From NCBI GenBank assembly GCA_047495785.1, contig JBLDXI010000012.1:434001-498000 (forward strand): a stretch of 64,000 nucleotides of DNA, written 5' to 3'. The stretch comes from Lepidodermella squamata. Its lineage: Eukaryota; Animalia; Gastrotricha. A program made the position numbers and the translations under genes. The notes below the pieces were generated by a model that did no database searches, was not told the DNA's origin, and worked only from the letters and a program-made list of their open reading frames with translations. The number at the start of each line of letters is the position of its first letter. Positions within the stretch are counted from its first letter, which is position 1. This document shows positions 13,969-27,500 of this stretch, in pieces.

Positions 13969-16900
13969 TCACACGAGATCGCCTTGAAGTTCGAGCGGAA
14001 TTTCAGTTCGAACGGTGTCAGTTCGCGACATTGGCGGCATATTACCCGCCGGGACAACTTCACTGCCACCGCCGACGTGTTGGAACTGGAAAGGCATCGG
14101 TATTTGATAGACGCCAGCTGATTGCGAGCGATAGTCGTCTACAACCTGACTCGCCGAGCCGTCCAAAAAGTCGAGATTCGGCAAAATCGGCGACACATTG
14201 CTGTTCTCGACGCCGCCGAACAAATCACGATAAATGCTGCTCGACATAGCTGGATTAACGTGCTCAACAGCTGGGGCGTATTTCGGCTTCAACAGCAAAC
14301 CATCCGGTTTGAAAAAGCCCTGAACCGCCTCGACAAAATCGCTAGATTTACGCCTGGTTGAGGCGGATGATTTTATGGATTTACGATCGGCTTTATTCAT
14401 CGTCGATTCGTTGTAAAGCGGGTTAGCGCTTCCGTTACTTGTCGACGACGAGCATGATGCGCCGTTTGGTGTTAGCATGTCGACGCTTGTCGGGCCAGAC
14501 TCGGCTTCAGAGGCGGGCGGCGAGCTGTCTGAAGTAGCCGTAGTTTCGTGGTCCATTTTCGCGCCATCGCGCAGGAAACAGCACGAAGACGCGCGGCGAC
14601 CCGCAGCTTGTCTGGCAGCCTCCAAAAGTCGCTTCCTCCGAATTTTGATGCAGATAAAAATGTTGCAGAACAACAAAAACAACGCGGCTGAAACTGCGCA
14701 CAAAATGATGATAATTGCGGTTTCTTCAGGGCGGAGGCGAAATACGGCAAGAGGCGCGCCCAGAGTGGTAATTGGAATAACTGCGCACTTTTCCCACCGC
14801 TCGGTATCGGGAGCAGGGACCTTCTTCCAGAAGGTGAAGTTATAAATAGAACCAGGTACCAAATCGGTGATGTTAAACACGTGCCAATCGCCGTTGACAA
14901 AAATTGTCGACCAATACTCCTGTTCGTTTCCGCCTCGTTGAACCGAAACGCGCAGTTCACCTGGGGGTAGCACGGTGTTGGGGGCTAGCACCATTTCCTT
15001 TGTCGCCGATTTTGCGACGTAAAATTCGGCCGAGTTCGAAAACGCGCGAACTGCAGTGACGTTCATGTCGAAGAAAATCGCGTGCAGCGGCGTCTGGCCT
15101 ACCACGAAAATGTCGCTTTTTTGCTGCGAAATCACCTTATCGCCACGTGATTGCGTGATTTCGCATTCGTACTTCTGATTACCGGCTGGAATTACCCCAT
15201 TATCAACAAGTTTCCCGTCGAACATCGGCGAGCCATTCGCCCACCAGCGGTACTGGAATTTGCCGCCGCCGCCAGCTCCCGCTGCTGGTTTGCAACCGAC
15301 TTCTCTAACACTTCGCAGGTAGACTTGAACAGATTCAATAGGTCGATTCAGCTTGATATCTTGAGTCTCGTTGATTTTCTTCAACCTAACTTCGGGCGGG
15401 AATTCGGCGATGCAACCAATGCGGCGAACCTCGCCGGCTAGATCGACGTCCTGTTTCAGGTACGGGATGTGCAGTTTGATTGTTCGGAAATCAGCCGAGA
15501 CCGATTGAACGACATCGCCCTGTCGAATTGTGGCCGGGTCAAAGGTGAACCGGTTGACTTTGTACAGCGAGCTGACTGTGCATGAAACTTCAGCACTGTC
15601 CCCAACCCAAAATTCATCCGACTTTTTAGTAGCCGTATTGACGAAACGCATGCTCACGACATCGTCTAAAATACAAAAATTAAATTAATTGAACGCCAAA
15701 TAATAATTAAGGTAGCTTACGATTGATTCGAAGAGGGACTTGGAACTCAGTAGCACCAACAGGATTTTGCAAGGTGATAACGAGATAGGAGTCTAGATAG
15801 TTGAGATCTTCGTTAGTATTGAGCCGTTGCGGAATCCGAATCATCTCCCACGGCGGTCTCGCGCCGGCAACTTGCGCCGGGAATCCGCTCTGGGGCGATA
15901 AACGTTGAATGCTGGACGGGTTCGAAGCTGAAACGAGGCGAATTTCGACGCGTTGCGAATCGATTTGCGGATTAGCGTCAAAAGCACAATGTTCGCTGAT
16001 GTTATGACGGCCATTGAATTCAACAACAAATCGCGAAAAGCACCGCGATGGATTCATGGAACGAGGCTTATCTAAAAAAAACGAAAAAAATATATTGAAA
16101 AAAGCCTCCTTTTCGAACTTACAGAGAACTTCGAGGCGCCGATCTGTGGCTACAACAATTCCGAGTTTGGGATTGGTCGCTGTGCAACGAACAATCGACC
16201 CAGTTAAATCAGCTTTCGCAGTAAATTCGATAGTGGCATTGCAAAGGGAGACAGGTCCGGGTGAACACGTGTACGCAGGTTGACCCTCGGGCGCCTTAAA
16301 TTTCGGCTCTTCTCCCGTTGGCGAAAGGATCGCCCAGGCGATTTCTGGCACCGGGTTCGCCGCATTGATCTCGCAAATCGCCGACACAGTCTCGCCATCA
16401 TTGTAGGCAGCTGTTTGAGCAAATTTCACGTTGATCTCCTCAGGTCCATCTGAAAAAGGGTTGAATTTATTTGACTTGATAATTTTTTTCAGATATTACT
16501 TACAAAAAATGCGTAGGGTGACATCGGGCTGATTCGTAGGTGAATCGCCAGCAGTTGTGTCGATAGCCTTGCAGGTGACCTTGCATTCGTTGTCAACTTT
16601 AGTGACAAGTCGCGATAAGTACGCGCGGGCATGTTGCGGATCTGACGCGTCGATTTCCAAGGCCGTAGTTGCGTTAAACCGTTCTTCGTATCGCACCAGC
16701 CGCGCCATGATCTCCGGTGGCACCCCCTCGGTGAGAGCACCCGCATTGGCCGGGTCGTCGGAATAAATCGGGCAGGTGATGCTCCAAAACGTCTGGGCAG
16801 CCGCGCTAAGTTCACCGCCGGTCATGTCGCAGATGAACGTAGCATTTGCGCCGCTTTTGAACGAATAGACACCATGGACGATGTCACGTGACAACTCCTC

Positions 16901-18270
16901 CGATAAGGCAATCGAGCCTAACCTCACGGTATTTGGCGGAGCGAAGATAGGCAGAGACACGCTGTCAGACGCGCCGCTTCCGATGAAGTTATAAGCAATG
17001 CAGGAAATGGTCGTCTTACGCCCGCTTGATCGAACAGAATCAGCGATTTGGCTCGTCATAACGCCGTTCGGGATCAGGGACATCAAAACATCGGCCATAG
17101 GTGGCATCATCATCATCGACGTGTTGACCTCAGCTCCGTTGATAAGCAGACGAACAGCCGCCCTTGGGTTAGCGTCAACGTCCCCGCATTTGACCTTGAC
17201 CTTAGTCAAGTCATTAAACCCGATTTCGGTTTTACCGGGTGGTAGTTGGACGGTTAAAACTGGTTTCGTTGGCGCGTAGGCGATTGACATGAGCAAGTCG
17301 ACTGGTACTGATCTAGCGTAGGATAATTCGCTGCGGCATGTTAACGATTTGCCATTCATCTCTCGAGCGACAATCAGCGACATCCTGTTGACGATGAAAC
17401 CGTTTTCGACTACAACTTGCTGGCGTTCATAGCCGTCCGGCAGGCTCCAGATCAGCGATGGCCGTGACTGCGGGTTCACGTCCGGGATCCGGCAATCGAC
17501 GATGATTGTCTGCCCGGCTCGTAGATTTTCCAACTTGCTCGGGGTTACAATCGGTGTTTGCAGCGAATAAGTTCGAAGTTGGGTCGAAGCCTTCGTTTCA
17601 GCCCCGGCTGGGAAATTCGGGTGCTCAGCTGCGCAAGAAACAGTGACGACACTCGTCGCAACTTCGACCTCGATCAGGCTTGAAATTGTCAGCGTGCCGT
17701 TAGCTTCTTGCCTAATTTCAGCCGATTTCGGCTCGACGTCTTTACCATCGACTTGCCATTTGATCGAAGCAACAGGTCGGCCGTAACGGCTCTCACAAGT
17801 AACGAGTTGAACTTTATTATCAGGGCTGGTCGCAGGTTTCGCCCAAATGACAGGGGCCGCAGGAATTGCTGGAAAAAAAAATCAAAATATGCCTAAAATT
17901 TTCGGGAATTCGAACAAAATTTACCATGAACTTTGATGATAAATGATGCCATTGGGCTAGCCGTATCGGAGCATGAATAAGCACCCTCGTCCAAAAAGCC
18001 AACATTGCTGATGACAAGGTTCTTCCCATCGATGGCAACGTGTGACTTGCCCATCACCGGTCCGTTTGAAGTTGCCTCAACAATCGCGTAATTGTTCATC
18101 TGCCACCATTCTGGCCGTTCCTTTTCAGTCGGACAAGTTAGGGTGATTGAAGACCCGGCTAGCACCTGCTTCTCGTGAACAACTGGAGTCGCTGCCGATT
18201 CATCAGCGGCAACGAAGGTGGCGAATAGCGAAACGGCAATACAATTGAGTAATAATATCAACCTCCTCAT
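13969..18270 (-). CDS. Nephrin/Sns-like Ig-superfamily single-pass adhesion receptor, 5 coding exons
   Basis: Signal peptide, multiple Ig domains, FN3-like segment (ITDLVPGSIYNF), TM helix, and a tail ending PLELQGDLV that resembles the nephrin end (PFELRGHLV). Exons approx 18270-17925, 17868-16504, 16449-16123, 16071-15721, 15665-13969. Confidence 0.75.
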
Positions 18271-21200
18271 TCGCCGTTAAGAGGTGATTAAAAAATCTAT
18301 ATAACAAAAAAATGATGTTGACGATGAAAATGCGTTGGTCTAGTAGGTATGTTATCGACTGGCCAGTTCGGGCGAGTGGCTAACTTCCTGCCAGCAACTT
18401 CCGAGTGACTCTTCCGCAAGCGGCTAGAGATAAAACGGCCGCTGTCATAATTTAGGCGCAATTAACGCGCAGTTTTTAATTGACTGCGGTAAGTGTGTAA
18501 AGGAACGCCGAAAACGCAATTAAATTTAATGCATTTCCAATGATAACAAGAATCACTTGAACACTCGATAGATAGATGGGTAGATGGATGGATGTATGAA
18601 CGAGAGGCCACTAGCGCGCGTCAACAAGTGACAAGCGCGTCTATTTATAAAACACAGCTGATAGATGCTCTAGGTAATAAATGATTGCGTGAAAAGTTAA
18701 TGTGCCATCGCAAGGCGCGAACGCCCCAATGCGTTCGTGTCATCTGTCAAACAGTGCGGCGATGGGCATAAAACCGTTCGTATACGTAGAAATTTTCGAA
18801 TTAATGCCGGATGGATGAACGGTGGTGAAGAAGGTTTTGAACGATTTCGTAATAAAATTAAAAGCACGCCAACGCCTCGTTACGCCACCAGGGCGTTGAG
18901 GTGTAATATATTCATTAAAATTTTGCAGCTGCGCTGGCCTTTTTCGACCGAGGCCAGGTTAAACCTTGGGCTTAGCGAGGTGAGAACAGCGCGAAGTATA
19001 ACGGGCGTGAAAAGATCAAGTCTGAGGTATTGCGTGCGCGTGAAGGCGCGTGCGCTTCAAACGTCTTGATTTTTCCCGCGACGAGTCATCGCTAATCACA
19101 CCGGTGGTTTAGCCCGGCAGGCAGGGTGTGTGTGATTTACACGGGCAGAAAATTTAGTGGGCAACGTGAATTGAGGCGGGTTGTTAGAACAAAGGCGTGC
19201 GTTAGCTTTGGCGTCTGTGCAGCCGTAAAAGCGCGCAACAGGCTTGACCGGAAGCAGGGTGGCCAAATCTCGGAAATTATAGCCGCGCCACGGCGACTTG
19301 TTACTAACGTCCGGCTATACGTCCGGCGCCTTAACCGCGCAGTTTATTATACTATAAATTTTCTATTATCATCACCCCACAACTGCGACATGAGCTCATA
19401 GCCGATATTTTAGTTGAAATGAATTGAAAATATATAAGTATATAAGCATATCGGGATTAGGTGCAAAGCGAAGCCCGTTTTGGCCCCAGCGACGCGTTGT
19501 TAATCTTTGAAAACAAACTCAATTGATTGACGCTTTGTTTAGAAGTAACGCGAGCGGGAGCGTGTCTCTAAAAAATAACCTGCCCATTTTTTGCAGCGTT
19601 TATTAAATTTTTTAGTCTGCAGTGTGTGTGTCGGCACGACTTTTATGGCTCGGGAGCGAAAAGGGGATTAGCCGCGAGCGCGAAACGGTTGTTTTCGGCA
19701 GCTGCGCGGGCGCTTAAATTATTACGCGCCGCCGAAAGTGTGAGGATGAGCGGGATGAAGTGAGAGCGAGCGAGACATCATTTGTCACTGCGACGCCGCG
19801 GCTTTGCATTCTGATTTCTGCGCTCGCGCTCGCGCAGATGTAACAACGCGCTAATAATAATAAACAGCAGCCGAGCGATATAAAACACGGATCTCGAAGA
19901 GCAGATTTTTCTGCGCCGGCGAGTATCGCTGTTGCGAACGGGGAATTCCAAGCCCTTGTGACGCGGCGTTGTTGTTGGCTACCAACAGAGAAAAATTCAG
20001 GAGAAAAGTGCGCGGCTGAGAGTTGACGACATTAGAACAATAACATTATGCAAATTTGTTGTTTTTTATAAGCACTATGACAAATTTCGAAAAATTAATG
20101 ACAATTATCACGCAAATAAGGCCTTAGCTCATCAACACCGGATTTTATTGTTGTTGTCGAATTGTCGATGATTTACTCGCTCGTTTGTAAGTTTGTATGA
20201 TATGGCGAGGGTAAACAAACTAAAAATTGTCTTGTCAGTTGACGCACATTAATTCGGCGTATAATATACCTATAGAGATAAAAATTTATTTACTCCCGCT
20301 AATGGCGGAAGGAAGGCCATATATTGTAAAATTGAATAAACAAAAAGTCAATCGGCCGCTTAAAAAAATGCATTTGTATGACCTCGCTCGCATAAAAGCG
20401 ACGTAAACAAAATCGAGAGATTAAGGTGGAATGACCTCGAAAAACAAAATGCGCGGGGATCGAACATGCTATTGGCTCGATGGCAATTAGGTAAATAGCG
20501 ATACCTATATATTTGAAATGCGGAAACGATGTTGCCTGCGCTGAAAATGCCTTGAGAGCGCCTTGACATGCCTGAGCGCAAAGTCACGTCGCGGCTATTT
20601 TTCTGAAGATATCGGTTGCTCAACATGAAATACCGTCTATCATCCTCATATAAGATAATACGCGACAAACGTCAAGCGGGGATCACAGCGCAGAGATGGG
20701 CGCGCGAGCGTACACAAGTAAAGCCTTGAGACGTCTCGTTGTTTCAACAACAAATCAACGAGTGTTGGGTTATTGGGCTGCTGCTATTGGGCTTTGACAC
20801 GACAAGTATAGTGCGGGCGGGGATGATATGATAACAACAAGCACTTGGTTTGTTGTCGATCTGTGTCGTGTCGGTTACAGGCGGGCATCAGGGTGGGTGG
20901 CCAGAAATCTGTGCTTGACATTCCTCGGTGTCCGGCCGTCGTCCGCTCTGAGGGGTATCATGGCAAACAAGCCCGCAGTAGCAGCAGCGGCCCCAAGTCG
21001 AGTAATTTGTTGTTTGGCGACCGTCGTTGGGGTTCGCCTTCCCATCATCATACCTTAGATGTTTCGCGTTAGATTAATAACAACAGTAAAACAATACCAA
21101 CCAGCCAAATATCAATGTTTTGGGCCAACTTGAAGCCCGGCCTAACGCCAATATAGCAATTTCACGGCTATTGTGTTCCGGGTCGCGCGCCCTGCTTGTA

Positions 21201-24200
21201 AAGACAACACGTTTTAGTATCAGTATTTTCGCGTCGAGATAAAACAAACTGCGGGAGAGGGGAAGACAGCAATAACGCACAAATACCAACAACACGAACA
21301 ACCGCCGCACTTGACTTGGCGGCGATCAGAGATTAAAGCGCTTGTTTTTACTACAACAAGCCCAGCAGTAAAATATATACCTACCGATTGGTTATAAATA
21401 CGCGTATAATTAATGATTATCGTATAGCTGGGTTCTTATATAGTAGGGTGACCACTCCAAGCCGCGAAAATACGAAAAGAATAAGAAGACGGGGGACGCG
21501 CAAAAACAAGCGGCCTGGAGGTTCTCGATTTCACAGAGTATATTATATCCGCTTATATAGTAATAATTACCAGTGACGAGATTATGCTAATAGGTAATGA
21601 TAACAATAAACAAGATGATGCCCGTGCGTGGATGATGAATCGCGCGCGGCAGACAAACATATTGCTGCGGCGGAAGTAAAAATGTCAAGACGGAAACAAG
21701 ATAGCTATTTTGTTTGCGGTGCAAAAATGTGTCTCTTTTGCAGCTTGGACACAGGTGAGATGGCCATATCAACGCTGAGTTGGCGTGTTTTTTGGCCCCC
21801 AGGCCGGTTAATGCCAACCCGCGGCTCAAAAAACCTGACAGCTTTGTCTCTTCTACTACTGCTGCTGCTGCTAATTTATTTACCGAACAGTTACCTACGA
21901 GTATCATGCTCGAGAAATTGTGATATATAAATAATTATATCAGTGACATTGCACCGAGAGCTACACCCAACTGCATATCCTTCTGGTAGCTGGAATCAGG
22001 AATTTCCTAGCCCGACCTGAAGTAAGGGCAAGAAATAACGTTCGAGCGAAAATTGTATAAAAATTATTCAATACTAAAATTGTTTTGGGAAAATGGAAAA
22101 TTTAACCTCGGGCGTCGACTGATAATTGGGTGAAGCAAAATTTGCGAAAATTACAATTGATCGCAGAAAAATAACGCCGTATTTAAAGGAAGGGAAGAAG
22201 AGAACTGCCGCCTGTCTAACCTTGTTTCGGTAATATCAAAAAACTTGAAAACACGTGTTTCTTATTACGCTACATTATAATGCTCGAGTTATGCATAATG
22301 GCGATACCTAATATGCGTATACTTACAACAAGCCATCACGAGCCGTTGCGCTTAGGCTCGGGCGAAAAAGTGCGAGAGTGAGAGATCACCATTATCATAA
22401 TATCATAATAATAATTCGTGTCAAAAAAAATAATAAATGAATATTATTATTAGTAGTAATGTTTTATGTTAGCGGAGGGCGCGCGAGAGTGTTGCGTACA
22501 CTTAATAATGGCGAAAAATGCACAGCGCCTTAAAAAAAGTCTTTTGTCGTAAAATTCGCGAGCGAGCGCGCGCGCTTAATAATAACAGCACGGGCAGCTG
22601 CGGTAACAGTAGCAAAAAAAGGCCGCCGTGGAATCGCGAGTCACTTGTTGTGCGCGACACCGGTATAGCCGGGAAGTAAAAAGGTTTATTTGGGGGTAAA
22701 TAATTCGCGTGATATTTTTGTAGCTTGTTTTTAGTCTCACACTTTATCTGAGATGATTAACTGCTAACGAGCGGCTGTAGCTAGGAAAAACATTGAAGTT
22801 ATGTGGTTGCGGTCAGTTTTTTAAAGCGCCATAACATAGGTTCCGGCAGGCGAGTTGATTGTGAACACGCAAAAACGTGCCGAGCAGCTTTCAAAGTGTG
22901 AACATTTTGTAGCAGTAACAGCAACAAATTATTAACACAAATACAGAGGGGGCAAAGCGATGATAATGATGATAACATGTTTTTACGAACCAAAGCGATA
23001 CTTTCGAGAGGATTCGCACCTCGACGGGGCATTTCGAAAATATTGGCATTTTCGCTGCGCGTCGCGTGCGCCAAAACTCGACGCGCGCAACAATATTTAG
23101 GCGCCGCTCAGCGCATTCAAATGCGCGCTCATTATCAAGAACGATGAGTCGACGGCGGGAAGGATGCAATAATACTAAAAAAAACTATTTTTCAGGAAAA
23201 AACAAAGTAGATAATTTCTGCCTTAAATTAGGCCGGCTATTATCGAGCCGATTTTTTTTCGTATCAACCTATATTTTAAGGAGGCTTGATGAGGTTAACA
23301 ACAAATAAACAAGGCTAACGGATGATAAAATATCTTCGCCGATATGCGCGGCAATTACAATTACGGCCGAAAACACCAGCTGGGCAATGATAACAGTAAA
23401 TATTGAAAACTGGCTACGGTAGCTTTAACTACTTGGTTGCTACCGGACGCGCTTGGCCATCGATGCGCGTCCTCTTGGCGTGTATTTTTGCGCAGAAGAA
23501 ATAAACAAGCGCAGTATCCATATTTTGGCATAAACACACGCTTCATATTATCAGCAGCAGAAGCAACAAAGCTAACAACAAAACTGAAAACACGCCGGTT
23601 ATCGTATATCCCGAATGTGATAATAACATATGGTCGCGCGCGATCGATTTCGATTGTCATCGCTATGACCCCGAACTGCATAAGTGCTAATCTCATCAAA
23701 ACTGGCTGAGAGATAGTTTTGAGAAAAGTTGAATAGCCAGGATCGATGTTGTATGCTAACAGCAATAAACCGAGCAGTCATCGCGGGCTGTGAGAGAGAG
23801 ACATATCACGGCCAGACATCATCATTAAGGAGGCGCGTGAAAATCTACGCTAGCCTGAGCAGGCAAGTGGCGTCGAAGCCTATTTATCGTGCGCGCCTCG
23901 CCAATTTTTAGGGGCCGCGCACGATTTTTGTTGCACCCTGCGATACGATACCGCATATTAGCAACAATTCAACATTCCCGCGCATTGGCGATGGAAATTC
24001 ACACCAATACCGATAGCGTATCGAGAGAGAGCAGGGTGTTGAATTTGCATGTTATGCGATCGAAATATTATTGTTCGTAAAATCACAAGGTGGCTCTAAT
24101 TAAGCAGCAACTGCAATGTGTACTAATGTAACGATGGTTCAGATTTTAAATGGCGTGGAACGACGAAAAATTCGGCAACCATGCGGATCGCCGAAACGTG

Positions 24201-27110
24201 ACGCCGCACGCCGAAAGTCCGGTGCTGGTTTTTGTTTCAAAAATATCGTGAAAAACACCTAAAAGACGAGCGAAAAACCACTTCAACAAATAAATTTATG
24301 TATTGAGAAAAAATGAAAGAAATATATTAAATTTAATTTAAAAGAAAATTACTTCATCAAAAATATGTTTACGACAAATTAATAATAATTTCACGGCTGA
24401 ATTCGAAGAAAACCTAAATTACCATGCCAATATGTTAACTCCAGCTCTGTTGAAAAAGGCCGGAACTCATGAGAGTCATTCGAAACGTTTCAAGGTTGCG
24501 AAATCGCCCTTTATCTACTCAATTGTACAACGGTGCAGATGTAAAGTGGTCTGGTGTCGCGGTTGCCAGTTTTTATTTGCGCTCATGGCAAGGATAACAC
24601 AGGTAAGTAGGCGCTTATGCCTGTAAGATAAGTCAAGTTCTCGCGTGCTGACAGGCTCTTTATCGGTGGCGCGAGTCAAGGCACGTCGATGCTCTCTGGC
24701 GCTGATGTACTCGTGAGAACGCGCCGCGCACCGACGCGCGCAATTTGTCGGAAATATTTACCCGCAAAGTTATAATATTTATTGCCCGTTTATTAACAGG
24801 CGTTGATGATGATGCTGATGAGATGGCACAGCTATTTGTATAGCTTAAACCTATACCTATGCGTGTATAATTGGTCGAGGGTTGGTCGAGAGATGTTATC
24901 GACACTGGTTGATATTTTATACGTCTTGGTCAGTTTCGCGCAGTTTTCGAGTGCACGCGCTAAGGAGTATATTTACACTTATCCGGGGCGCGTCCAGGTG
25001 TTGGCAGCGGCCGGGCGCGCGCCCTCAAGTGAGTGCCATTGATGAATAAGCATCGGCTCATGATTGCGCTTATTATTTTTAGCCACTAACATTTATAAAC
25101 ACGCGCGTTGATATACTGCTGCTTTCTTCTCACGAATTATTAAAAGTGTTGGCCGCGCCTGATTACTCGCCATCATGTCTTATTATTATTGTAAAATATC
25201 TCATCTCAACGATATGAAAGTGGCCGATCTATATAGAGAGAGATAGGCGGCGCCAACGGAATCGCTACTGGTTGTAACGACGATGAATAGCAATAAAGCA
25301 GGACTAATTATGCCAGTCAGCCAGCCAGCTGAACTAAAAGTGGCCCACCGAGAGCCGCGGCCGGTCAGCGATACATGCCGGCACAGGCGCGACGTCATCA
25401 TCGCTCGTTTTACGCCGCCTGCCGCCGCCGCCGCCGCCTCGGCCCTGTTTTAAAATTTATGATGGCGGGCGTGTGCAAACGTGACTGTTCATCTATTTCC
25501 AGCCTGGAACCGCATCATCATCATCATCGCTCCTATGCATAATTAACATGTGCCCATTTGACCTCTACTTGATCAGCCTATAGAATACCGGCTTTAAATA
25601 CTATCATATCTCGCCAGGAATGGCCGCAAGTGATCGAGGTGAAAGTTGCAAAAAAATTAATGCGATGTTTATTAAGGAATAAACAAAAATCATGAATAAA
25701 TTTGGGCATGTTGAAGTTATTTACCAATCATTTTGTTTTTATTTACTTTATTTTTGACATGCGGTGTTCTCTTTAGCGGAGATGGCCGGAAATGAAAAAT
25801 CATCGACGTTTTTCGTTGGTAAGCTGGTAACATCAGGATTCATGACGTCTTCGTTCAAGCGTAACTGGCAGAGCTTAACCTAATTTCAAAGCTGAGAATA
25901 TAGCATAATTTGGGTTATCTGGGACATAAAATTCGCTGCTTGCGTAAAATTAAGACCAGTCATGCTTCAGTGATGCCTTGATTATCAGCGCGAGATTACT
26001 ATGAAAAAAGCTTACAAAAATGCATCCATCTGATCTCTGATGAACGAAACGGAGATTTTCGGAATTTTTTATTCATTTATATATAATAGGAAATCCTTCT
26101 TTCTTTTTTTCCTATATCAACTATTAGGAATATTGTGTAAGCAAGCATCGGTTCTTTTACATATCGTAAAACAGGTCATTTCCAGGTATTACCCAGCGAA
26201 TTTCGACAACTTTTTTCCAATTCCGACTTTTCATTTTTTCACGGGGGCTCAAACAATGAGGCGCGGAGGCCTTAATATCGAGAGTGATGAGCTAGGGTAA
26301 GGGAAGAGTCGGGATTTGGGTTTCCGGATCAACGTCCGTGCCGTATAACGTTATTTTTGGGTGAAGCCAGCGATCTTTTTTTCGCTAAATACATAATGCG
26401 CAGGATTAAATAAACCGCGCGACGTCATAAATAGTAAAATAACGTGATCCCACTCGCGAAAAAAATGTCCGCTTAAGTCCGAATCTATCAAGCTTAGTTC
26501 AAGGTTCAAGCTTATTAGTGGTTACTAATCACCTCAAAAATATTGTCTCATTTGCGTCATTCAACCATTTACCGAAACCTTGTATATCGCCTATTAAAAA
26601 AACCTGTGATTTAATACTTTTTAAACTGATTGTCGTCTCTTTTTCGGGTCATATCGAGGGATGGGCGACTCGCCTAGAAACAAAACGAATGACGTCATAC
26701 GTGATACGCAAAAGAGGCGTTCTTTTTCTAGCGTTTGACTTGGCAAAGATGCAAAACGCCATTTGTTTCTGTTCGAGGCGTGTCTTTGTAGTGCCCATCC
26801 TATTTCGCCATGTCCTATCCCAGATACCTAGGTCTGAGTTACATGATTTAGCTCTAATGTAGGTACACTTTTTATATTGAAAACGCTGTAACACTTTAAG
26901 AAAAACAACGACGGCGCCGATTGATCCTTATACGTGTGGGGCTTCCGCGGGAAGTATTAAAAAATCGATGACAAGAAGGGGCGGACTTCCTTTTTAAATT
27001 TTCACGCACTGTTCACGGATATCAGATTACAAAGACGAAATTAAGCATATAAAGCATCGGCAATGCTGACGATGGTCAGCGGATCGTCTTTTTCACTCTT
27101 CAATTCTACA

Positions 27111-27500
27111 ATGACGGGAAATCTTCGCTTCAACTGTTGGGCATTGATAATGGCACTCGCAATTCTAACTGGCATTTCCAGAGCGAAACCAATCGTAGTC
27201 GTAACCCGCGAAATGCTAGATGCTGATGCAGGGTCAGATGAATCACCATGGTCAGATTTGATAGCAACTGCCCAGCAGAAAGAGCCATCTCGTTCCCGCA
27301 GCAATTTTTGGTCGCCTTCTAATAGTGATTTCGATGAAGAAGCTCTTCTTAATCAGCAAATGGATATGGATAGGTTTAACATGCATCTCGTCTCCGAACT
27401 ATCACGCAACGCCTACCTTAAAGGGGATGTGCCACCATTGATGTCATATCTGCTCGCCCGGGATCATCAATCCGCGTCGAATGCTGCCCGATGGGGGTGA
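27111..27500 (+). CDS. Secreted peptide precursor P1 (unassigned tandem family)
   Basis: Signal peptide from ATG 27111, acidic spacer, C-term SRNAYLKGDVPPLMSYLLAR...RWG*; TATA ~27048, AATAAA 27576. Confidence 0.85.
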   Translation: MTGNLRFNCWALIMALAILTGISRAKPIVVVTREMLDADAGSDESPWSDLIATAQQKEPSRSRSNFWSPSNSDFDEEALLNQQMDMDRFNMHLVSELSRNAYLKGDVPPLMSYLLARDHQSASNAARWG

